Positions 39,604 to 64,000 of a stretch of DNA of 64,000 nt are shown here, piece after piece. The DNA comes from Amoebidium appalachense (Eukaryota > Protista > Ichthyosporea). Location of the stretch: assembly GCA_963693365.1 (NCBI GenBank), contig CAVNZM010000002.1, forward strand, positions 310,001 through 374,000, in the 5' to 3' direction. Position 1 is the first letter of the stretch. Every line of letters begins with the position of its first letter. Both the position numbers and the translations under genes were made by a program. The notes below the pieces were generated by a model. That model was given only the letters and a program-made list of their open reading frames with translations, was not told the DNA's origin and ran no database searches.

Positions 39604-39631
39604 CCCACCCACCCACACCCACACACACACC

Positions 39632-39662
<31 letters not shown>

Positions 39663-40616
39663 ACAGACACACACACACACTCCTCCTGGAAAGTACTGCT
39701 AGTGTGCTCACCAATGCACCGCCAACTTACCCAACCCCCCAGGGTCTATCCTGTTTGCCACAGCCATCAACCTAGCCATGCTGTGTGCCTCGAGGGTACT
39801 TGTGGGTGTGGCTGCATCCCTGGGGGGCAATGTGGTGTCCATGTACGTGGCCGAAATATCCCCTAACAGGGTCAGGGGTGCCCTGGGCGTCATGCCCCAA
39901 CTGGCCTTCGTGCTGGGCATCCTAATTTCGAACATCGTGTCTATGGAACGCGCCCTGAGTCGCCCCACACTATGGCGCATACTCTATGCTTTGCCCGTTG
40001 CTGCCGCCGTCCTAAATTTCCTACTGCTCGTATTTCTTCCCGAATCGCCACGATTTCTCGCAAGCAAACATAGGGCTCAGGACACAGAAAATGCACTTCA
40101 GAGATTGCGTGGGTGCGATGACGTGAAAGGTGAAGTCGAAACCATGATGGGGGAAAAGAACCACCACTGCCCCCTTAAACACATCCACAATGTGGACTCG
40201 GTCATGTCCCTAGACCCACATGGAGACCCGTCCCTTAAGGCCAAAACTACCAGTCTCATGGGCCTACTAGAACCTGCGAGCAGTCTTCTCGAGCCCCCCA
40301 GGCGTGGGAAAAGAAACAGTGAGCCCAAATCGGATTCGAGCACTGGGAGCAGTGAAAGTGAGCATCATGACGGTGAAAGTGAGCATCATCACGGTGAAAG
40401 TGAGCATCATCACGTGCTAATCCAGGAGCCAATCAAAGAGGAGCACCATCGCACGCAGGGGGAGAAGCTCATGGAATGCTTCCACGACCCCTCCAAGCGC
40501 ACACCCATCCTCATAGCCATTGGGCTGGCCTTCAGGACCACGGGCATGGATGTGATTCTGGCATACTCCACAGACCTGTTCAAGCAGGCTGGAATGCAGG
40601 TGGGTGGCTATGTGTG

Positions 40617-40647
<31 letters not shown>

Positions 40648-40667
40648 TGCGTGCGTGTGTGCGTGTG

Positions 40668-40709
<42 letters not shown>

Positions 40710-40775
40710 CGTGTGTGCGTGCGTGTGTGCGTGTGTGCGTGTGTGCGTGTGTGCGTGTGTGCGTGTGTGTGTGTT

Positions 40776-40818
<43 letters not shown>

Positions 40819-40981
40819 GGGTGTGTGTGTGTGTGTGTGTGTTGGGTGTGTGTGTGTGTGTGGGCGGGGGGCGGGAGGGGGGGTGGGGGTAGCGGAGGGA
40901 GGGGAGGAGGATTAGAGCTGTATTTATGGACGTTTGTGGGTTCAACGTAGGTGGGCAAGTGGGTGAGTGGGTAGGTGGCTG

Positions 40982-41074
<93 letters not shown>

Positions 41075-41240
41075 GTATGTGTGCATTGTGTGTGCACGCC
41101 CACGGGTATAGTTAGGAGAGGGTGATGGAGGAAGTGAAGTTCAAAGGTACAAATGGATGCTCGAAAGTGCATCTCCCCCCCCTTCCCCCCCCCCCCCGAC
41201 CCACCTCCACCCCCTGCCTCCTCTCCCCCTCCCCCCTCCA

Positions 41241-41292
<52 letters not shown>

Positions 41293-42508
41293 CACGCACA
41301 CACACGCAAACACATGCACACCCACCCACCCACCCACCCACCCACACACACACACACAAACACACACACAAGAACATACACATACACACACTCTCACACA
41401 CACACACAAGGACACACACACAAGGACACACACACACACACACACAAGAACACACACTCCTGCCCACCTTCCACCTTCACACCCCTGCATATTCCATGAC
41501 CACGTGCAAGCCTCATGGGTAATCCACACAAGGTGTGCACTCGCCAACACCGTTCTCCGGCATCACATCCCCCCCCCCCCCCCCTTTAGGGTATTCTCCC
41601 TCCCCCCTTCCCCCCCCTCCCCCCATTCAGGATACTCTCCCCCCCCCCCCCCCCCCCCCATCCCCCCCCAACACACACACACACCCCAGTCAAGATACCC
41701 ATTCCCCCTCTCCCCCCCCCTCCTCCCCCCCTCCCACCCGCCTTCCCCCTTCTCCGAACCCCCTTCTCATTTTAATTCTGACTCCTAATCGCAAGTGTAC
41801 TGAATCGGGGGAGGGAAAGGTGTGTGTGTGTGGTGTGTGTGTGTGGTGTGTGTGTGTGTGTGTGTGTTGGGGGGGGGGGGGGGGGGGGGAGGGGGGAGGG
41901 GGGTTGCCTTCCTAAAAAGCTCATATGTGTGCACTTTGCAGGATGGGGAGCTGGGGACGATCATCGTGGGGATTGTGATGGTCCTCTGCACGTTCCCCTC
42001 GGTCAAGCTGGTGGAGTGGGCCGGCAGGAGGCCTCTACTGCTGTACGGCTATGGGTCTATGGCCATGTACAATGCCCTGTTTGGGCTCAGTGTAATCATG
42101 GCTTGGCCCACGCCGGGCCTAGTATTCATGGTCCTGGCTGTGTCGGCATTCTCCACTGGCTGTGGCCCCGTACCCTCCCTGCTGGTTCCCGAGATCCTGC
42201 CTACCAGCATATGCCCTATCGTGCTCATGGTGGCCACCCTGCTCACAAACGCAATGTCCTTCCTGACCATGTTTACCTTCCCCGCTGTGCAAGGCGCACT
42301 CAACGACAAGACGTTCTTCCTGTTTGCTTGCTCGGCAGCAGTGTTCTTCTTCTTCTGCCTGCTGACCGTGCCTGAGACCAAAGGGAAGAGCAAAGAGGAG
42401 ATACGGGCCATGTTTGAGAATGGCCAGGCAGGGGGGTTTGTGCACCTGCCACGTGCCAGTCATGCAAGCCACACATCTGCAAGTCCCTCACATGGGTGCC
42501 ACGTGTGA
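38108..42508 (+). CDS. MFS sugar-porter (GLUT-like) transporter, at least 3 exons; true start uncertain
   Basis: Exons ~38186-38459, 39743-40599 and 41942-42508. Motifs: [43 protein letters not shown] and VPETKGKS. Confidence 0.92.
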
Positions 42509-42876
42509 GATATGCCTACATGCACGTGCACGCACAGATGCACATGATGATTAGATCGTGTATCAAGGCAGGAATGAACACACACAAGGAATCATTTGGC
42601 AACGGTTTTCGTATGGACTGTTTTAGGCCACACAAGAACACACAGACGGACAAATAAGTATTTGAATGTGCGGCATATTTGCATACGTAATGCATGTATG
42701 TGTGATACCATGCGCACACATACCGTCTACATTTATGTACTTGATCATGAATACACGGCATTAGACACCGCTAAATACACACACACGCACACACACGCGA
42801 ACTAAGCACACAAGCACACACTGACAGGCACATACGTGTGTGTGTGCGCACACACACACACGCACACACGCACACC

Positions 42877-42917
<41 letters not shown>

Positions 42918-43409
42918 GCACACACACACAAACACACACATTGCTGCAACGTGAGGGCCACCACGCAACACTTACACAGCGTCTCGGCAATCACACGCGA
43001 ACAGTACACAAACAGACGACAAAACACAACTTTTATCCAACGTGCCCAGTGCACACCATGTATACTGCTTGGACATGAAGTTTTTTTTTAAAAATGTTGT
43101 CTGAGGGAAATGGCCCTGCCACAGTGCAGAAGAGCAGTAAATTTGTACAGTAGACTGGGGTATCCGGTCAATTTGGTCCCCCCCCACCTTGGCGAGGCTT
43201 TTCCCCCCGGGGAAGGCTCCCCCACCCCCTCTCCCCCTCCCAACTCTACCTTTTGCACACGCCACCACCACCACAAGCACACCGACCTGCAGCCAATAAC
43301 AGTCCTGGGTGGCAGCAACAAGACATGTGTGCCCTTGCACAGGCCACCCCCCACCACACCCCGGCCCGGGGGGGCCACTCTTCCCTCCTCCCCCCACCCA
43401 CCCCCCTCC

Positions 43410-43505
43410 AAGGGTTAGCTCTGCTTCGTATGCATAAGCTTTTTGTGCCGCACCTTGCATCAGTGTGTTGATGTCACCGTACTCTAATATCACATTTTAA
43501 CAATA
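43410..43505 (+). mobile_element. Highly diverged 3' fragment of the poly-C element family
   Basis: gctctgcttcgtatgcata...cgtactctaatatcacatt followed by poly-C; it matches only short motifs. Confidence 0.35.
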
Positions 43506-44541
43506 CCCCCCCCCCCTCCCCCCCCCCCCCTTCCATCCCCCCCCCCCTCCCTCCCCCCCCCCCCCCCCCCCCCCCCGGCCGCCGCGCGCACACACATATC
43601 TAAGTACACAAAAAGCTATTCCATATTGGATATAATGACTGGATGATGGTCAGCTTGGTGTTCAGTGATTGGATAAAAACACATTCCCTGCTCCCACGTC
43701 ACCGATGGTGCTACTGCATTATGCAATGTGGGAAAGCCCAACAGCAAACTTGCATGATCGGCTTGGAAGGAGGAGGGGGGAAGGGGCAGAGGGAGGGAAG
43801 GGGAGAGGGGGGGGAGGGGGCGCGAGCAGTTCTCATGAATACCGTTGGTGATCGGTGAGCCCCCCCTCCTCCCCCCCCCCCCCCGCGCCCTCCTTCCCCG
43901 TCTCCCCTATTCTCCCGAAAATTTGCATATGATCTCAAAATGCGCACGGGAAAGGTCTGTTGGCACAACCATTACCCCCCTCCCCCTCCCCCCTCCCCCC
44001 TCCCCCCGCCTTTCCTTCGACTTGAATGGTGCGAAATGACTTTATATGGTTCACCGTCCGCAAATAATAATACTTATATATACCCACAGGTGTAATTGCT
44101 TTTAAGTGGTTTGCGGCAGATAACATGTATGCATACAGCACATGAAGGTGTAACCAGTGAAATTTCTTGGTAGTGAGCTAGAATGACGGCCCTTTACCGG
44201 CTTATAAATTATGCTGGGGTCTGTTAGCCTCTGTGGTTTCGAAATCAGGCTATGCCCAAAGGTGCACACGTGCATTATGTCGGCGTGTGCACACGCGTCA
44301 CACGGTGGGTGCGCCAGTAGACAAAGCACACACATTTTCGGCAAATTATCTGTGTGTGTAGATTTTATGTGCTAGGGCTCTTGGTACTGTTTGGCGGAGC
44401 GAATCCACTGTGTTGCATCCCCCCCCCCCCCCCCCCCCCCCCTTTCACCCCCCTCCTTTCCTACTCACACCTTACGGGGTCCGTTATGTACGTTGTCCGC
44501 GAAAGAAAATCTGGAGCAGTTGCTTGTGTGTGAACGTGCTA

Positions 44542-44604
<63 letters not shown>

Positions 44605-44622
44605 TCGAAAATTTCTGTGTGG

Positions 44623-44654
<32 letters not shown>

Positions 44655-45512
44655 GGGGGGGGGGGGGGGGTGGCACTCTTACAGCGGCAGATAAATACTC
44701 TAAGATAGTTGTTTGTATTTTAGGTGTACGTTATTGTGCTTCAGCCGGTTCGTTGATGCACGTAGGTGCGTGGCCGGACAGGTGGCAAAGGTGTGCATGT
44801 CTCGGTGTGTGCACGATGTACCACGTTCGGTTAGTAAAAATGACACACGATGCATAAAATTCGAAGTTTATAGGCACAGCGGTGATTCCACTGTTATATG
44901 CACACAGTGCTTGATTAGCATGAACTTCACGTATCTCAGAATTCAACAGCAGGTTGTTATTGAAAAGTCTTAGAAATCTCCCGACGCAATACAAGCTACA
45001 TGCGTGTGTTTTGGGCAAATCATTCTTAACTGAAGATTCAAAATTCAATATGGCTACTAGACACGATTGCACACATACCCAGTGCTTTCATAGATACAAC
45101 ATGGTGGTGTGGAACAATTTCGAGGTGAGAATTCAGCCTCGAGTTGTGTGTGGGTGTCCTAGAACGAAAAGCATACACACGGACCTTCGGAAAAGAAAAA
45201 TTTTCCAGGAGTTCTTTTTGGAATACACATTCGCCTTTCAAACACAACTTAGCAGGCCAACCGACCCAACCCTATTCAATGGGCGCCCCCACCCCCCCCC
45301 CCCTCACCCCCTTCCCCACACAAACGAAAAAAAACAAAAAAACAAAAAAAAACATGTTTTACATTCTGTTATCAATTTTCCTTTCTCGAAATCCTAGCCT
45401 TCGAGCGAAGCAACATTTTTGAAAGCACCATAGAGTGAAGAAAGAAAAGAAACCATCACCTTGTGATCGCATTCGTCGGTTCTAAACGTAGCAACTACTT
45501 CACATCACCTCG

Positions 45513-45794
45513 TCACTGTGTCGTCACCTGCACCTGGCTGGCAGGCACCCCCTCAGTCCTCTGAGGTATGGGCAGGCTCTGCATACGGGCAGCCTGAGAC
45601 TGTCTGGTGGGGAGCACAGGCAGGCTGTGCGTGTGCAGCGCAAGGATGTGTGCGGGTGGTGACTTGGCTGGTGCCTGCATGGACGCTGGGACGCTGCTGC
45701 CTATGCTCCCTGTGAGGGACGTGTCGCTGCGTCCGTTGTGGGCCACTTTGTTCTTGCCCAAGGGCGCTTTGAGAAAGCCCTTGAGAGACGGCAT
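45513..45794 (-). CDS. Possible short, or first-exon, disordered protein (MPSLKGFLKAPLGKNK...)
   Basis: GC-rich, coding-like segment with an ATG and possible cag|gtg donors near its end. No recognisable domain. Confidence 0.3.
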   Translation of the reverse strand: MPSLKGFLKAPLGKNKVAHNGRSDTSLTGSIGSSVPASMQAPAKSPPAHILALHTHSLPVLPTRQSQAARMQSLPIPQRTEGVPASQVQVTTQ

Positions 45795-47730
45795 GTTTAA
45801 TTGGGTGTGGCTACGGGCTAGTACTTGGATGTATAACGCGTAGAAGCTCCTAGAATGTGACAGAAGTGTGCTTGCAGCGGTTCCTGCGGTGTGCCGCTGT
45901 AGATATCCGCCTACATATGCACCCGCTTGTTCAACTTGTTTGCAAATTGGTGCAGTGTTTTGTGTCTCCATCCGTTCTCTGCGCTCTTGTCCCCACCCCT
46001 CAGGATGTGCGTGCAAATATAAGGTGGTGTAGCTGAAAGGAACCCTATGTGTGTGCGTTTGTAAGCACAACACAACCACCTTATTGTTCAACCGCAGCAA
46101 TTGAAAACAAGAGTAGCAGTGGCGAGCTAGGAGGGTCACATTGCAAAGGAAAAAATCAGGTGCTGGAGACCGGCGGGATCATCTGCTAAACTGACCGTGT
46201 GTGCGCTTTCAATCTTTGGCTGTCATTACGTGTGGTAGTGTCAGCCAATCACAACGCAGTGTGGAACAATGCCAAATTCCTTTTAAACCACCCTATACCC
46301 ACAAGTATTCTGAGGTATTTGGCAAAAATCTGTTTCTTGCAAGTTGTGAGTTGATGAATTGTTCAACTGATGCCATGTGGTGGTATAAGTATGCGCTGGG
46401 CAGCACATTTGGGAGGCAAAAGAATTATATAAAGAGTAAGACAGCAGCAAGTGCATACTAAGATACATGAATACTACATCAAAAACATTCCCCCCAATCT
46501 TTACCAATAGACATTAAATAGCTAATAAATATGACTTTAAATAAGATTCGAAATTTTTTTTGACTGGATTTATTCGACGGAAAGATATGCAAGTATGCAC
46601 GAAATTCAACTGAGTTCCGCCAATCCGCCGCACGTACGCGTCTGCGCGCGAAGAGCCGCTGAGCAAGCGCAAGCCACTCCACTGAAGCGGCTTGCGCTGC
46701 CTAATGGTCACCTGCATCTGCAGAAGCATTGAAGATGGTTTTCGTTTGTAATCGGCTAGGGAAATACTGTAATGTATAGAAAAACCATCACGATATCAAA
46801 AATGTATAAGCCGTGTTTTGCCTTTATGCTATCGTTATGGGCGAGTCAAGGGGGTCCGTCTTCTCTAATTCGGGCCAATAAATGCAGCCAATCAGCGTGC
46901 AGTGGCCCGAAAGTACAGCTTATGCACATGTGAAAATAGGGAAAGAAGGTCACACAGGGAGGCTGAAAACAAAATAAATAACAGGCTAGATTATCGTCAC
47001 ACAAAAGCTCTATACTCAACAAAAGAAATAGAATACAGAAAAATTACTTACAGCTCCTCCACATCTCGTGTGCGTTCAGGTATGCACTGGAAGTCATTAA
47101 AAAAAAAATAAAAAAATATATGCACTGGGAGAGTTTAGTGGGAGCCATCAGGCACGATACCCATCGATTCGAGTCAGGGAATCTGGCCCGCACCATTATT
47201 GATGCGCAATCCGATTCGGGTCGCTGAGCCACATTTGGTTGGGCGCCAAAACTGAGCCGCTTGCTTATTTGTTTTTTCAGTTCGACTCTCCCCTCTCTCC
47301 CTCCTTTTCTCCTTCCTCTAATTACGCAATCGGTTTTCTACCAGTTCTAGGTTGAGTTTCTGGACGTAATAGTCAGAAAGATATCCCTGTTCAAGGCCAC
47401 CTGTGTTTGGCGTCCACGCAGACACGTTGCAGTTGGCGCGGTCTCTGTGTTTTTTGTCTTCCTTCGCCAGTCTCGTTATCTGTATTCACACCAACAAGAG
47501 CAAGCGCACGCAGGGACACACACACATACACACGTTGACTGCCGTCTGATTGGGTGCCAATAATTGATACAGACGAGGCATACTGCATCATTAACCAACC
47601 TGCCTGTTGCACGCACACCCACATCCCCTTGCTTTCACCCTTGGGCCCACCCACCCACCCATCCACCCACCGACCGCCCTTCTTCGAGCCACCCCACGCC
47701 CATCCATCTCCACCACCCCTCGTGGGCACT

Positions 47731-63771
<16,041 letters not shown>

Positions 63772-64000
63772 TGCACGTGCACAAATACACGTGCACACAA
63801 ATACACGTGCACACACAAGTGGAACTGGCACACATTCTCACAGGTGCACGTGCAGCAAATGCAGATACAAGTGAACACAGACGCACGTGCACAGACACCA
63901 GCATGGCGTACATACATCATACATAAACACACAGGCACACAGGCACACACACATGAACACGTACATACTTGCGGGATATGCACATACACATCTGCAGAAA

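Overview
Eukaryotic genomic DNA, probably from a unicellular eukaryote (taxon not determinable from this window). Genes are broken into short exons separated by GT-AG introns full of poly-C/poly-G runs and (CA)n/(GT)n microsatellites, so most ORFs in the supplied track are low-complexity artefacts. By splicing exons by hand I reconstruct eIF2A (+, 9402-22039, ~19 exons), a four-CBS-domain protein (-, 23806-30998, 8 exons), a coiled-coil/BTB/beta-propeller protein (+, 32334-35132), a divergent GLUT-like sugar porter (+, ~38108-42508) and a Upf1/Sen1-like SF1B helicase (+, 47731-63771, ~24 exons). There is also an intronless Ala/Thr-rich membrane protein and a small coiled-coil ORF. The most striking non-genic signal is a family of short non-coding elements inserted in poly-C tracts (~451-nt monomer, head-to-tail partial tandems, shared 3' end, variable 5' truncation). 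Two subfamilies share a covarying, pseudoknotted RNA fold containing all three hammerhead-ribozyme core strands (GUH, GAAA, CUGANGA) in a non-canonical, non-circularly permuted order. This is a candidate rearranged hammerhead in a retrozyme or non-autonomous Penelope-like element. A TTAA-flanked MITE and a hairpin with regular tandem G.A mismatches are also present. Exon boundaries and folds were read by eye, not computed.
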